A stretch of DNA of 64,000 nucleotides from an uncultured delta proteobacterium (GCA_963736855.1 CAVTQK010000009.1:608001-672000), one strand, 5' to 3'. Shown: positions 51,258-60,815, counted from the first letter of the stretch. Numbers and translations: made by a program. The notes: generated by a model from the letters alone, not told the origin.

Positions 51258-53118
51258 CTAATCTTCGACAGTTTCAAAATTAAAGTTTTGCGATTTCAGC
51301 CAGTTGCAGACAGAAAGCGGGTTTGTGGCACTACACATTCGGCTCTTTGACGACCTTCAGTTCAATCTCGTTACGCGGCCTGGGGGCTGGACGCCGGCCG
51401 CCTTGAACGCCTGGTAGGCAACCCCCTCAAAATCGGTACGGATCCGATACGAGCGGCCGTCCAGATCCAAGTGCACCGCTTGCAGCCGCTTGAGATCGCG
51501 CATAAGATCCGGCCAGGAGCATTCAATGCCCTTTTTGTCCAACTGCTTCGACAGATCCACTTCCAGGCGCAAAGCAAGAAAGCTGGCCACGATGTGACCG
51601 ATGCTGGTCTCATCGCGCTGATGGTAGATGGGTCGTACTTCCAGGGTGGATTTCTCCTCCCGGAAGCTTCGCTCCACCCGCCACAGCCCCTTGTAGGTCT
51701 TGGCCACCTCGGCGGGTGATAGCCGGGTGTTGGTTCTGAGCACAAACTTGCCATCGAAGCGCCGGTCAGCCTCAACGGCGGCGGTGTTGATGCTCACGGC
51801 CCCTTTTCGGATCCTCAAAAACCGCGCATAACCACGGTTTTTCACCAGCGCCTTGCTCCCCTTGCGCTCGATGGTATCGATGAGCTTGGCAAGGATCGCT
51901 TCCCGGACCGCCTCGTCCTTTTTGGCTTCTTGGGGATTGCGGCAGACAATGTACCGGCGTCCGTCGAAGAGCACTTCCTTGACTTCCAGGTTCTCCTCCA
52001 CAGACTGGTAGCGGCCTCCGCAGATGAGAATCTGCTCCCGGACTTCTTTGTTTTTTCTCAGCTTGCAGCCCAGGATGTAGTCAAATGGGTTTTCCGCGCC
52101 TCCGGCAGACTCGGCAAGCAGCTTGAGCGTCTCTGCTGAGAGCATGGCTCGGTCGGCTACCACAATCACTTCTCCGATCGGAAAGCGCTCTTTCATACGG
52201 GCCACGATGTGTGTAAAGGCCTTGATGTCGGCGGTGTTACCCGGGAAGATCTCCCAGGTGACCGGCCAGCCCTTGGCGTCCACGGCTACACACAACATGT
52301 ATTGTAAAAGATCTCCCCGGTGGTCCCGGGAGTAGCCGCGCTTTCTGAACTCGGTCTCCTTTTGCCCGTAGACGTAAGTGGAGGTGGTGTCCAGGAACAG
52401 CAGATCCAGCTTCTGGCTGAACAGATCCCGGTCCCGGAGAAACAGCTCTTTTTCCAAATCCGCGCGTACATCGTGCAAAAAGCCCACCATGCGGTAAAGA
52501 TGCTGTAATTCGAGGGACTCAAGACCTTCGCACTCTACGGTCTTCAGCCACTGGCTGCCCTGCAGATCGCTTCCGGGTTCACACAGCCGCTGCAGTGCGA
52601 GCGCAAACCCGGCTCGTTCCACATCAAACTGGAACCGTCTCTCGGCGCAGAACTTATGCATCAAATCGGCAAGTCCCTGTTTGTGCCAGAGCCTGTCAAA
52701 AACCAGCGCCGGCCCCCAGCAGCGGCTCTTACAGCTTTCAACCTGGGGCAGCCGCGAGGTATTGAGCGCCTTCAGGTTTTGGGAGAAACGCGCCAGGTTC
52801 TGGATCAGCGCATCGATCTGGCCGGATTGCTGGAGTAGATCCAAACGTCCCAAGGTGCAAATCACTCGCTGGCGCACCGATTTGCCGTCACGGTAAGATT
52901 CTACAATTTGTAAGTAATCCCGGGGGCTGTTTTTGGAACCGCTTTTCTTTGCACGTATGAACATGGCTGATTCATAAACACAAACCCGCAGCCATGTCAA
53001 GGTTTATTTATTATTAAATGGCACTACGTTTGGCGGTAAAATCAGAAACGCATGCAATGATTTCGGTACGTTGGCTTGCAAAAGGGCCTCAAAATTGCTC
53101 CAAACTGTCGAAAATGAG
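51258..53118 (-). mobile_element. IS1634-family insertion sequence
   Basis: 17-bp imperfect TIRs CTAATCTTCGACAGTTT / AAACTGTCGAAAATGAG around an intact transposase. Confidence 0.85.
51357..52964 (-). CDS. IS1634-family DDE transposase
   Basis: YLQIVESYR, DTTSTY, GYSRDHR, VADRAM, YKGLWRVERSFR, RPIYH. Confidence 0.92.
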   Translation of the reverse strand: MFIRAKKSGSKNSPRDYLQIVESYRDGKSVRQRVICTLGRLDLLQQSGQIDALIQNLARFSQNLKALNTSRLPQVESCKSRCWGPALVFDRLWHKQGLADLMHKFCAERRFQFDVERAGFALALQRLCEPGSDLQGSQWLKTVECEGLESLELQHLYRMVGFLHDVRADLEKELFLRDRDLFSQKLDLLFLDTTSTYVYGQKETEFRKRGYSRDHRGDLLQYMLCVAVDAKGWPVTWEIFPGNTADIKAFTHIVARMKERFPIGEVIVVADRAMLSAETLKLLAESAGGAENPFDYILGCKLRKNKEVREQILICGGRYQSVEENLEVKEVLFDGRRYIVCRNPQEAKKDEAVREAILAKLIDTIERKGSKALVKNRGYARFLRIRKGAVSINTAAVEADRRFDGKFVLRTNTRLSPAEVAKTYKGLWRVERSFREEKSTLEVRPIYHQRDETSIGHIVASFLALRLEVDLSKQLDKKGIECSWPDLMRDLKRLQAVHLDLDGRSYRIRTDFEGVAYQAFKAAGVQPPGRVTRLN

Positions 53119-53141
53119 TTAGACTTATGGGTAATAGTAAG

Positions 53142-53694
53142 CCCACACCATTCGGGCATACGGATCACGTACCATGGCGGTTCGGTTGACAAAGCCGGTT
53201 TTACAAGCAGTTTCGGCAAACCCAGCCCTGCAAAATATTCGGCTGTTAATGCAAATGCCGGCCCCGGGTACTATACGTCATCTGCCTCATCTTCGTCTTG
53301 AATCTCTTGATCGACTTTTCACTGATTCGTCGATTGAGGCGGGCACTGAAGGAAAACCCCAGAAACTCACACCTCCAGGGCAAATCCACACCGCTCTTCG
53401 CTTCATTGACCCTCAGCTTCATTCTACTGCTCAGGTAATTGCCGATACTCTTCAAGACTCGTCTTCCCGCGCGCCTGCTCGCGACGTATATGTTCAGGTC
53501 GTCGGTATAGCGCACAAACCGGTGCCCCCGACGCTCAAGCTCTTTGTCCAATTGATCCAGCATCAGATTCGCCAATAGCGGAGACAACGGACCCCACCTC
53601 GCGATGACGCCCTTGTCCTTCTCCTAACCTTCGGCTCTGCGAATACCTGGCACGAGGACTTTCACCCGTCAGCTCCGTGCCATGCCCGGCACAC
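53142..53694 (-). mobile_element. Internally deleted group IIC (attC-targeting) intron
   Basis: 5' GTGTGCCGGGCATGG at 53694; RT fragment; DV GAACCGCCATGGTACGTGATCCGTATGCCCGAATGGTGTG; DVI missing. Confidence 0.85.
53246..53590 (-). pseudogene. Group II intron reverse transcriptase/maturase fragment
   Basis: PLSPLLANLMLDQLDKELERRGHRFVRYTDD...FLGFSF. Confidence 0.88.
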
Positions 53695-53747
53695 ACGTTA
53701 AGGGTGAGGCGCAGCTATTCACTGCCGCCTCCACTCGATGGTTCTGC
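53695..53747 (-). repeat. attC site, interrupted by the intron at GT^T of R'
   Basis: R'' GCAGAAC, GTGGAGGCGGCAG/CTGCGCCTCAC stem, ends AACGT directly before the intron GTGTG. Confidence 0.65.
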
Positions 53748-54344
53748 TTTTATCATCCTTCCCAGGCTGTCCATTTGCTTTTTGTAGCAATCCGGGCAAA
53801 GACCATGGGAAAAGTCAACGTCTAAATGTTTTTTAAAGTATGACTCGACTTGAATCCAGTAATCTTTGTCATTCCTTACCTGTTTGCACACAGCGCAAAT
53901 GGGAACGATGCGCTCAAGCTCGACTATCTCACTGATGTCTTCAACCACTAGCAGTACCAACTTTTTTCCCTGAAACAGAAACGGAGAAGCAGTTATCAGA
54001 GCGTAAATCTTCCGAATGTGTCCATTTCGTACGAGTTCCATTTTATGCCGACTGCGAACAGCTTTTTTCCCCTGAAAGGCTTTGTTGACGGAATTTCGGA
54101 TTATACATTCCTTACAAATGGGAGATCTTCCACAACCTTCCGGTACATCATGCGAATGCAAACAGTGTAATGCTTCCCCACCACGATGTCTGAGAATACT
54201 CGTCCTCTCAGCTGCCAAGAGCGGGGCAGCCGCAGCATTATACTCATAAATTTGCACATCATCATCGACCACAAAGATCGGCGAGGGAATTCCGTCGAAA
54301 ATCGCCCTAAATAGGTCTTCGGGATTTTGTTGGTTTGTAGTCAT
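53715..54344 (-). CDS. PAS-domain protein with C-terminal CxxC...SHGLCPDC motif (gene cassette)
   Basis: FRAIFDGIPSPIFVVDDD; PICAVCKQVR...WIQVESYF...FSHGLCPDC; GAGGAG RBS; stop lies in attC. Confidence 0.85.
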   Translation of the reverse strand: MTTNQQNPEDLFRAIFDGIPSPIFVVDDDVQIYEYNAAAAPLLAAERTSILRHRGGEALHCLHSHDVPEGCGRSPICKECIIRNSVNKAFQGKKAVRSRHKMELVRNGHIRKIYALITASPFLFQGKKLVLLVVEDISEIVELERIVPICAVCKQVRNDKDYWIQVESYFKKHLDVDFSHGLCPDCYKKQMDSLGRMIKAEPSSGGGSE

Positions 54345-55479
54345 CCGATTCTCCTCTTTGAAACCGAACATAAAGCTCACCCGCAGCCTCTTTGAGTTTT
54401 AAAATGCCCCATTCAATTTTGTCCGGCACAAAAGCCGGAAATGTCAATCTGATAAAAAGACCTTTCTTGCGCTTTCCCTCCTTACAGTCGGGAGGGATAG
54501 CATCCCACGCCGCAGCTACACCCACACCAGCTTGTTTTGCGGATTCGATGAAGGATGCTTCTTTATCACTTGAAATATTCTCAAGGGTGAGGGGGGCAAA
54601 AAAGCCGCCGCTGATCGCAACTGGAAACGCACCTGGGAACTGGCTATTAAGAGCGGCATTTAATGCCTCCATTCTCGGCCTGTACAGTTTGCACAAGTAT
54701 TTGACGAAATCGTCATACCGTCCCGATTCAATAAAATCGGCTATGAACGCCTGAGTCGGCAGATTGGGGTTTATGCGTGTATTGGCAATAATGCCGGACA
54801 GATGCCCCACATAATGATCTGGAACAATCATATACCCGCATTTGGTTCCCGGAGAAATCGTTTTCGTAAAAGAGCTTGTTAATATGGGTCCCCATTCCGA
54901 AACCTCTATCGAGCCATTGGCTTTCCCATCATACCGAAGGGCTTGATAACAGATATCCCATACGCACAGGATGCTATATTTCCGGCAAATACGTTCAATA
55001 TCCTTCCGGTTCTCTTCTGTGTAGTTGATCCCTGTTGGGTTTTGATGGAACGGTATTCCGTAAAAAGCTGCAACCGCGTTCTTATTAGCAACATCTCTGA
55101 ATTGGTCCAAATCGACCCCTTCCGTCGTCAACTTAACGCCGATCAAATGATGTCCATAGCACTTGGCATCGAGTAATACTCGATCGTAGCTTGCTTCTTC
55201 AACAATGATATTGCTTTCTCTGGGGAGAGACTTAAAAAAAAGCGAGATAACCTCCAGGCCGCCGTTGCCGACGATAACTCGCTCCGGATTAACACCATGT
55301 AAGCTGCCAATAAGATCCCGCAGCGGCTTGAATCCAGTAAAATGGCCGTATTGAAGCACATCCGTTCCATACCGCATGATGACTTTTTCGTATCCCTTTG
55401 ACGCCATTGGAATAAGGCGCGATAAGGCTTCTTCTGCAGGAACCCCGCGCAAGAAATTGATTGATCGTTTCTCACTCAT
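54307..55479 (-). CDS. Class I PLP-dependent aminotransferase (MocR/ARO8-like, no HTH)
   Basis: LQYG, PFHQNPTG, SFTKTISPG, IRLTF. Confidence 0.85.
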   Translation of the reverse strand: MSEKRSINFLRGVPAEEALSRLIPMASKGYEKVIMRYGTDVLQYGHFTGFKPLRDLIGSLHGVNPERVIVGNGGLEVISLFFKSLPRESNIIVEEASYDRVLLDAKCYGHHLIGVKLTTEGVDLDQFRDVANKNAVAAFYGIPFHQNPTGINYTEENRKDIERICRKYSILCVWDICYQALRYDGKANGSIEVSEWGPILTSSFTKTISPGTKCGYMIVPDHYVGHLSGIIANTRINPNLPTQAFIADFIESGRYDDFVKYLCKLYRPRMEALNAALNSQFPGAFPVAISGGFFAPLTLENISSDKEASFIESAKQAGVGVAAAWDAIPPDCKEGKRKKGLFIRLTFPAFVPDKIEWGILKLKEAAGELYVRFQRGESDDYKPTKSRRPI

Positions 55480-55572
55480 TTTGCCCTTTGTTATTTCCCT
55501 TCATTTCTTAGTAAAGCATAATGCGGTGCTGTACATATCGAATCGTTAATATTATAAAAAGTTTTTAATCGT

Positions 55573-56688
55573 CTATTGCTTCAGTTTATAGAGGGCAATT
55601 GCATTTTCTGATGCAATTTTACGCGCCAGATCGGGAGGAAGTGAATTAAGGAATACCGGCGACAATTCACGGGTCGGTGGAATCTTTTTAGCAAGCACGG
55701 CGGCCGTACCTCTTCCATGGAAGGATGCAGAGGCGATAAAGTTGTCGCTGCCGATCACGAAACGGTTCGGAAAATCCTTCAACAAGCATAGCCATTCCGG
55801 CTTGGTCTGCCTGTCAGGGGTCAACGGGAAATTCTCAGGTGCACGCCCGAGCCCGAGACGCAAGCTCATATAGAGATTGGGGTATTTTTGCAGGAGCCTT
55901 CGACTCAAATCCGTCGTCCAATGGCCGATATTATCAGACCCTGCATGGGCCCAGCAAATTTTGGCCTTGGGATTGTGATCGAGAAGTCGTTCAAAGGCTG
56001 CCAGATTGCTGTGAAGGACCTTAGGATTGTTGGGAGAGGTTAACCAGTTGGGGGTTGGGATATCCTTGATGACAACGTCGAAATGAATATCAATTGGCAC
56101 GTCATATCGAGCGGCAATGTCGGCAAGTAAAAGCAGAAGCGGGTGGTCGGCCGACACATTTTCATAGGGATGGTCCTGCCCGTGCAGGGACAGGTGATGG
56201 ATTGCCATTTCGCCAAAACCGGCTGCTCCCTGGCGGATAATATCGTCGGCTTTTTGTTTAAACTGCTGCCTCAGGCTTTCACTGACGGCAGGCTTTTCCC
56301 CCGCCTGCTGTAGCATGACATTCAGAGATCCTCCTCCACCCAAAAAAGCGAAGCGTGTGGAATTCTGATGGAGGGCGGCAACGAATGCATCGTAGTCATA
56401 ACCGGTGGAGTTATGCGGTGGAGGCATGACGATCATTCTGCTGATGCCGATCTGATCCATTACGGTCAAGGCAGCACTGAAAGAGCCGCTGAAATCGCGT
56501 CGTTCTCCGGGAATCAGATGGTTATGGACATCAATCCAATGGACGGTGCTGGCATGGGGAGCAACGGAACCGCCGGCTGCGTTGGAGGCAGGCGCTCCGG
56601 CTCCCAATGATTGTGCGATGGCGATCGACATGGTTAATAGCAAAAGGATGACTGCGAGCCGGACAGAAAGGTTAATCCGCATGATCAT
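55573..56688 (-). CDS. Exported amidohydrolase-family protein
   Basis: Signal-peptide-like N-terminus; IDVHNH, GFGE, IDIH, WAHAG, IGSD. Confidence 0.8.
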   Translation of the reverse strand: MIMRINLSVRLAVILLLLTMSIAIAQSLGAGAPASNAAGGSVAPHASTVHWIDVHNHLIPGERRDFSGSFSAALTVMDQIGISRMIVMPPPHNSTGYDYDAFVAALHQNSTRFAFLGGGGSLNVMLQQAGEKPAVSESLRQQFKQKADDIIRQGAAGFGEMAIHHLSLHGQDHPYENVSADHPLLLLLADIAARYDVPIDIHFDVVIKDIPTPNWLTSPNNPKVLHSNLAAFERLLDHNPKAKICWAHAGSDNIGHWTTDLSRRLLQKYPNLYMSLRLGLGRAPENFPLTPDRQTKPEWLCLLKDFPNRFVIGSDNFIASASFHGRGTAAVLAKKIPPTRELSPVFLNSLPPDLARKIASENAIALYKLKQ

Positions 56689-56770
56689 TCTCCTCTTGCG
56701 CCAGTTTCAATCAGACCGGCATTAAAGCTACGCCGCAAAAACAGCAGGTTTTTTCGGCTGATGCCAATTG

Positions 56771-57181
56771 CTAGAAATTCTTTATCAGTTCACTAATATT
56801 CCAAACAAGCTGTCCATATCCTTGATTAATATATAATCCTATCTGCGCAATTAATGAGTATGCTATCGCAAATTGTGCCAAGGCATAAACAGCAATAGTG
56901 AATTGGCTTATGCTAATGATGCCTGCACCAAACTGGGAAATATTGATTATACCGATACCAAATTGCCCAATCGAAATTATTCCTTTAGCCGGTACCGGTA
57001 TTCTGTTAGGGCGATATTTGAATGAAATATGAAGTAGAGGCAATCCCATAATGATTGTTTTGCTTTTATATTCAAATCCCCAACCATCCCATTTGTCTTT
57101 AGCGGGATACGGGGCCCCGCAATTTGGGCAAGCAAAAGCTTGTTCGCTAAGATCATGTCGACACTCTCTGCATTTTTTCAT
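56771..57181 (-). CDS. Zinc-ribbon membrane protein
   Basis: CRECR...CPNCGAP; repeated GIISIGQF-type hydrophobic motifs. Confidence 0.75.
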   Translation of the reverse strand: MKKCRECRHDLSEQAFACPNCGAPYPAKDKWDGWGFEYKSKTIIMGLPLLHISFKYRPNRIPVPAKGIISIGQFGIGIINISQFGAGIISISQFTIAVYALAQFAIAYSLIAQIGLYINQGYGQLVWNISELIKNF

Positions 57182-57372
57182 GTTTTTCCCTACCGGGGAC
57201 AGATCCGTGAACTTGTTCATGGAACTGATCAACCGAAAGCCAGAATCAGCGGATCGCTCATCAAGGAATTCGGTTCGAAGACGGAAGACTTATTCTCTAT
57301 TCTTGACTTTCCGATCTTTTAAGGAATTTTTTCTTGACATCCGAAGACCATATAGATGTTCGGCTTTTCCTA

Positions 57373-57720
57373 TTATTTTTGAATTATACGAACCGTTTCT
57401 TTTTCATTTTCACCAAGTAGATAGAACACAACAAATTTCGCAGGGGTGTCCCCACCATTTTTAAATTTGGCGACTCTAACATTTGCTGGTTCGTAAAACG
57501 CATCTCCAATCTCAAGGTGCCGGGTTGGTTCACCTTCGATTTCAAAGGCGTTCTTACCTTCCATTACCACTCCTATCGTCGGGCAGGAATGTAAATGTAG
57601 AGAAGCATCTATTCCAACGTTCATGGCGACTTCTTGAATTTCGACTTTTGTGACAGGCTTGCCTCCATCAATAACAGCCGTCAGCAGATCTCTTCTCATA
57701 ACTGGTTGTGTCATCTTCAT
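57373..57720 (-). CDS. Cupin-domain protein (gene cassette)
   Basis: GGAG RBS; LHLHSCP..GVVMEG, GDAFYEP. Confidence 0.8.
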   Translation of the reverse strand: MKMTQPVMRRDLLTAVIDGGKPVTKVEIQEVAMNVGIDASLHLHSCPTIGVVMEGKNAFEIEGEPTRHLEIGDAFYEPANVRVAKFKNGGDTPAKFVVFYLLGENEKETVRIIQK

Positions 57721-57750
57721 AGTATTCTCCAAAATTTGTGTATTCTTCCC

Positions 57751-57841
57751 ACCGAACACGGGCGTAACCGGAGCGCGGCCTGGGATTTCCTGAAAACGCC
57801 AACTCGTGTCCCCGCGCGTCCGGTTGACGCATTCGTTAGGT
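57751..57841 (-). repeat. attC site
   Basis: ACCTAAC...GTCAACCGGACGCG / CGCTCCGGTTAC...GTTCGGT. Confidence 0.85.
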
Positions 57842-58258
57842 ACTTCGATTCACAATACCCACGGCTGGTTTCTTGACTGATAGATAGCTTACTATAAAAA
57901 GCAGCACCAGTAGTAACTGGAAGAGGAGGAGAGGAACCAGCCTCTTGTGTGGCATAAAGCCGGAGGTTACGGCGAAAACACCACTACTGGCAAGTCCAAA
58001 GATCACCATGATGGTAATGATGAGAACACCTCGGCGCTCGTATGGTCGACGGTCAGCCCAGATTAGCAAAGCAGTCCAACCGAGCATGAGTGAGCCTGCC
58101 AGTGCTATTGCGTAGCGATATGGGATCTCCGGGGAATAGTCGCTGAGAGGACTCGTGCGAGCAAGTATGGCCTGAGCAAACATTGACATTGCTGCTAATG
58201 CATCAGCTACTGCACCGACCCAGTAGCTGATTCGCAACCACTTGGTATTCCCCTCCAT
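57836..58258 (-). CDS. Four-helix membrane hypothetical protein (gene cassette)
   Basis: GGAGG RBS; hydrophobic segments; LMLGWTALLIWADRRP; TAA stop lies in attC R''. Confidence 0.75.
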   Translation of the reverse strand: MEGNTKWLRISYWVGAVADALAAMSMFAQAILARTSPLSDYSPEIPYRYAIALAGSLMLGWTALLIWADRRPYERRGVLIITIMVIFGLASSGVFAVTSGFMPHKRLVPLLLFQLLLVLLFIVSYLSVKKPAVGIVNRST

Positions 58259-58307
58259 AAAGACCTCCGCATACAAGATGTTTCACGACCAACTGTTCGG
58301 GCTGGCC

Positions 58308-58366
58308 ACCTAACGCTTGGGCTTTTCGGCGAGCAAAGCGAGTCCGGCAACAGCCCATGGTTGGGG
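58308..58366 (-). repeat. attC site (59 bp)
   Basis: CCCCAAC...GGGCTGTTGCCGGACTCGC / GCTCGCCGAAAAGCCC...GTTAGGT. Confidence 0.8.
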
Positions 58367-58397
58367 CAACCTATTTAATTTATACTGATTTTTTATA

Positions 58398-58426
58398 TTG
58401 ACAATCGTCACGTGACGGTTTACAAT
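58398..58426 (+). promoter_or_regulatory. higBA promoter with palindromic operator
   Basis: TTGACA - 17 nt - TACAAT; perfect palindrome CGTCACGTGACG (58406-58417) in the spacer. Confidence 0.8.
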
Positions 58427-58432
58427 CCCTCT

Positions 58433-58714
58433 ATGATAAAAACATTTGCCGATAAAGAAACGCAACAGCTTTTTATTGCTGGTAAATCAAAACGGCTACC
58501 TTCCGATTTATTAAAAAGAGCTGTAAGGCGTTTAGAATATATACATTATGCAACAAACCTAAATGACCTCTTGGTGCCTCCAAGTAACCGGCTCCATGCA
58601 CTAAAAGGAGATAGACAAGGACAACATTCAATATCGATCAATGACCAATGGCGAATTTGTTTCCGATTCGTCGAAGGTGATGCCTACGATGTTGAAATAA
58701 CCGATTACCATTGA
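58433..58714 (+). CDS. higB: HigB/RelE-family toxin
   Basis: MIKTFADKET, PPSNRLHALKGDR, SISINDQWRICF, EITDYH. Confidence 0.92.
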   Translation: MIKTFADKETQQLFIAGKSKRLPSDLLKRAVRRLEYIHYATNLNDLLVPPSNRLHALKGDRQGQHSISINDQWRICFRFVEGDAYDVEITDYH

Positions 58715-58725
58715 AGGATATGAAC

Positions 58726-59040
58726 ATGGCCATATCAAACATCACAAAAAGGCAATTACGCCCAACACATCCCGGTGAAATGCTCAAGGAAGATTTCATG
58801 CCGGATTTCCATCTAAACGCCACGACTATGGCTAAGGCCTTAGGGGTATCACGCCAAACCATTAATGAAATTTTAAGGGAACGACGAGCCATAACTCCTG
58901 CCATGGCGCTGAGATTATCTCGTCTTTTTGGCAATTCCCCGGAATTTTGGTTGAACGCGCAACACTCATGGGATTTGTGGGATTCCGAACAGCGATTCCA
59001 TGAAGAATTATCTCAAATTCAACCTTTGAGTGCTGCATAA
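58726..59040 (+). CDS. higA: HigA antitoxin (Xre HTH)
   Basis: PTHPGEML, GVSRQTINE, ITPAMALRL, PEFWLNAQ. Confidence 0.92.
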   Translation: MAISNITKRQLRPTHPGEMLKEDFMPDFHLNATTMAKALGVSRQTINEILRERRAITPAMALRLSRLFGNSPEFWLNAQHSWDLWDSEQRFHEELSQIQPLSAA

Positions 59041-59080
59041 CTTGCTGCTTTTTTCTGTCCTTTAAAATTTCAGCTTAAAG

Positions 59081-59161
59081 CTCCAATGGGCGCCGGTTCA
59101 CCTGCGGAACCGGAGACAAATTTATTTGGACACGGGGACGTCAGGTGCAACCGCGTTATGT
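59081..59161 (-). repeat. attC site with degenerate R' (ATTGGAG)
   Basis: ACATAAC GCGGTTGCACCTGACG ... CGCAGGTGAACCG...ATTGGAG. Confidence 0.7.
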
Positions 59162-59820
59162 GGCGCCGGCGTTCGCTTGGAAATATCCCCCGCGACAAGA
59201 ATGAACGCGCCAATTTCAAACGATGATGGCCATACTCGCTCGATGAATCGCGCGAGTCGTGATGCACTTGGAACTTGTATCGCTGTGCGCACGGAAAGGT
59301 GTTGTACCGGCAGACCGCGAAATAGAGACTTGGCCTCGCGCACAGTATGCCAATGTGCGCCACGGTAACCTCCACGGCCGCCGCCTCTTCCTTTCTGCCA
59401 CCAGAGGAGACTATGCCGATTGAGCAATCCGATTGCGAACCGGCGGCGCGCAACGCGAACGATCTCGCGGATCGCAGCAACCTCTTCCGGGATAAAGCAG
59501 ATTGCTGCGATGGACACGACCGAATCGAAGCTTGCGTCTGCATACGACAGAGCACGGGCGTCAGCAACGGCGTAGGTTGCTCTACCCACGTCGCGACGAC
59601 GTGCGTACTCCACCCACTCCGAGTTGATGTCAACGCCTACCACGTTGCCGTCCATTGCGGCAGCAAGTGTGCGAGTGAAGAACCCAGTACCACAGCCAAC
59701 GTCCAGCAGCGATTCTTCTGGGCGAGGTTGGAGTCCCTCAAGTATTAGCGCGGCCTCACGCTTCCCGATCCATCGACCGCGCGGGGTCTCGTGCCACCGA
59801 TCGTAGGCTTCTGTATCCAT
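59122..59820 (-). CDS. Class I SAM-dependent methyltransferase (gene cassette)
   Basis: YDRWHETPRG, LLDVGCGTG, ADARAL, SFDSV. Confidence 0.9.
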   Translation of the reverse strand: MDTEAYDRWHETPRGRWIGKREAALILEGLQPRPEESLLDVGCGTGFFTRTLAAAMDGNVVGVDINSEWVEYARRRDVGRATYAVADARALSYADASFDSVVSIAAICFIPEEVAAIREIVRVARRRFAIGLLNRHSLLWWQKGRGGGRGGYRGAHWHTVREAKSLFRGLPVQHLSVRTAIQVPSASRLARFIERVWPSSFEIGAFILVAGDISKRTPAPHNAVAPDVPVSK

Positions 59821-59835
59821 GTCAGTATCCAAGCC

Positions 59836-59898
59836 ACCTACCGAGAAGCTAACCGACGCGCTGCTTTTTTGCGCGTCCGGTTGAGCGTTTTGTTATGC
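59836..59898 (-). repeat. attC site with degenerate R' (GGTAGGT)
   Basis: GCATAACAAAACGCTCAACCGGACGCGC...GCGCGTCGGTTAGC...GGTAGGT. Confidence 0.8.
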
Positions 59899-60115
59899 GA
59901 GCCGTTTTATGTGCGAGGTCGATAAGTGAAAGTAGTGCGCTATTAACGGCCTGTTCGTTCGGGAAGGCTGCTGCAACTTCCGGTTTAAGAACTACAATGT
60001 TTGACGACTCACGAAGACGTTTAGCATACTTACCGCGCACCAAGCCACCGGGAAAATCTGACCGTTTATACTCTCCACGTAATTCATCTTTTTTGTTTTC
60101 TTTATCCTTCTTCAT
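59849..60115 (-). CDS. BrnA-like antitoxin
   Basis: ELRGEY.....VRGKYA...VVLKPEVAAAFPN..AVNSAL; overlaps the brnT stop. Confidence 0.75.
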   Translation of the reverse strand: MKKDKENKKDELRGEYKRSDFPGGLVRGKYAKRLRESSNIVVLKPEVAAAFPNEQAVNSALLSLIDLAHKTARITKRSTGRAKKQRVG

Positions 60116-60374
60116 ATATTTTTCGTTCTCCCTTGCTCGCAATGCGAGCACTTATGATTCTAATGGTTTCACTATGTTCTGTATGCGCCACCACCAACAA
60201 TCTACCTCGTTCTGATACACCGAAGGTGACATACCGATCCTCGAAAACTGAATGGTCTGGATCGGCACCAGTAACAGACATCGCATCGTTCAATGCTGTT
60301 GCAGCTTCTTCAAAAGAGACTTTGTGCTTACGCAGATTTGAGTTGGCCTTCTTTATATCCCATTCGAATTTCAT
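60102..60374 (-). CDS. brnT: BrnT-family toxin
   Basis: MKFEWD..KA..N..KH.VSFEEA, EDRY, IRIISAR. Confidence 0.92.
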   Translation of the reverse strand: MKFEWDIKKANSNLRKHKVSFEEAATALNDAMSVTGADPDHSVFEDRYVTFGVSERGRLLVVAHTEHSETIRIISARIASKGERKIYEEG

Positions 60375-60410
60375 GTTACTTATTGTATCATTTCTTCATT
60401 TTAATTTCAC

Positions 60411-60497
60411 GCATAACGACGGAAATAACCTGCGCCGCCGCCGTTAATGGATTTAAAGCCGTACTTACTCGGCGTCAGGTTGATTGATTTGTTGGGC
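60411..60497 (-). repeat. attC site
   Basis: GCCCAACAAATCAATCAACCTGACGCCG...GGCGCAGGTTATT...GTTATGC. Confidence 0.85.
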
Positions 60498-60815
60498 GAT
60501 TTTTGTAATTTTATGCATGTCTTTTCTCTGCCCGTGAACATGCAGCTTGAATCCCAGCGCGTGAGTCACCTTCAAAATCGTCGCAAAGCTCGGATTTCCC
60601 TCGCCGGAAAGTGCTTTGTACAGGCTCTCACGGCCCAACCCGGTGTCCTTGGCAAGTTGGCTCATACCACGGGCGCGGGCGATGGTACCAAGCGCTTTGG
60701 CGATGAAGGCTGCATCGTCGCCAGCTTCTTCCATGCAGGCTTCAAGATACAGGACCATGTCCTCCTCGGTTTTGAGATATTCGGCGCTATCCCATTTGCG
60801 CAACTTCAATGTCAT
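60465..60815 (-). CDS. Addiction-module antidote protein (HI1420-like HTH antitoxin)
   Basis: WDSAEYL, ALGTIARARGMSQLA, RESLYKALS..GNPSF. Confidence 0.92.
   Translation of the reverse strand: MTLKLRKWDSAEYLKTEEDMVLYLEACMEEAGDDAAFIAKALGTIARARGMSQLAKDTGLGRESLYKALSGEGNPSFATILKVTHALGFKLHVHGQRKDMHKITKIAQQINQPDAE

Noticed and set aside
51157..53141. A second IS enclosing IS1634 (TAATAGTA motifs near 51164 and 53132)
   Set aside because: The motifs are short direct repeats; no convincing TIR pair or coding remnant.
53246..53590. RT fragment as a retron, DGR or defence RT
   Set aside because: It is flanked by a group II intron 5' end and domain V, so it is a decayed maturase.
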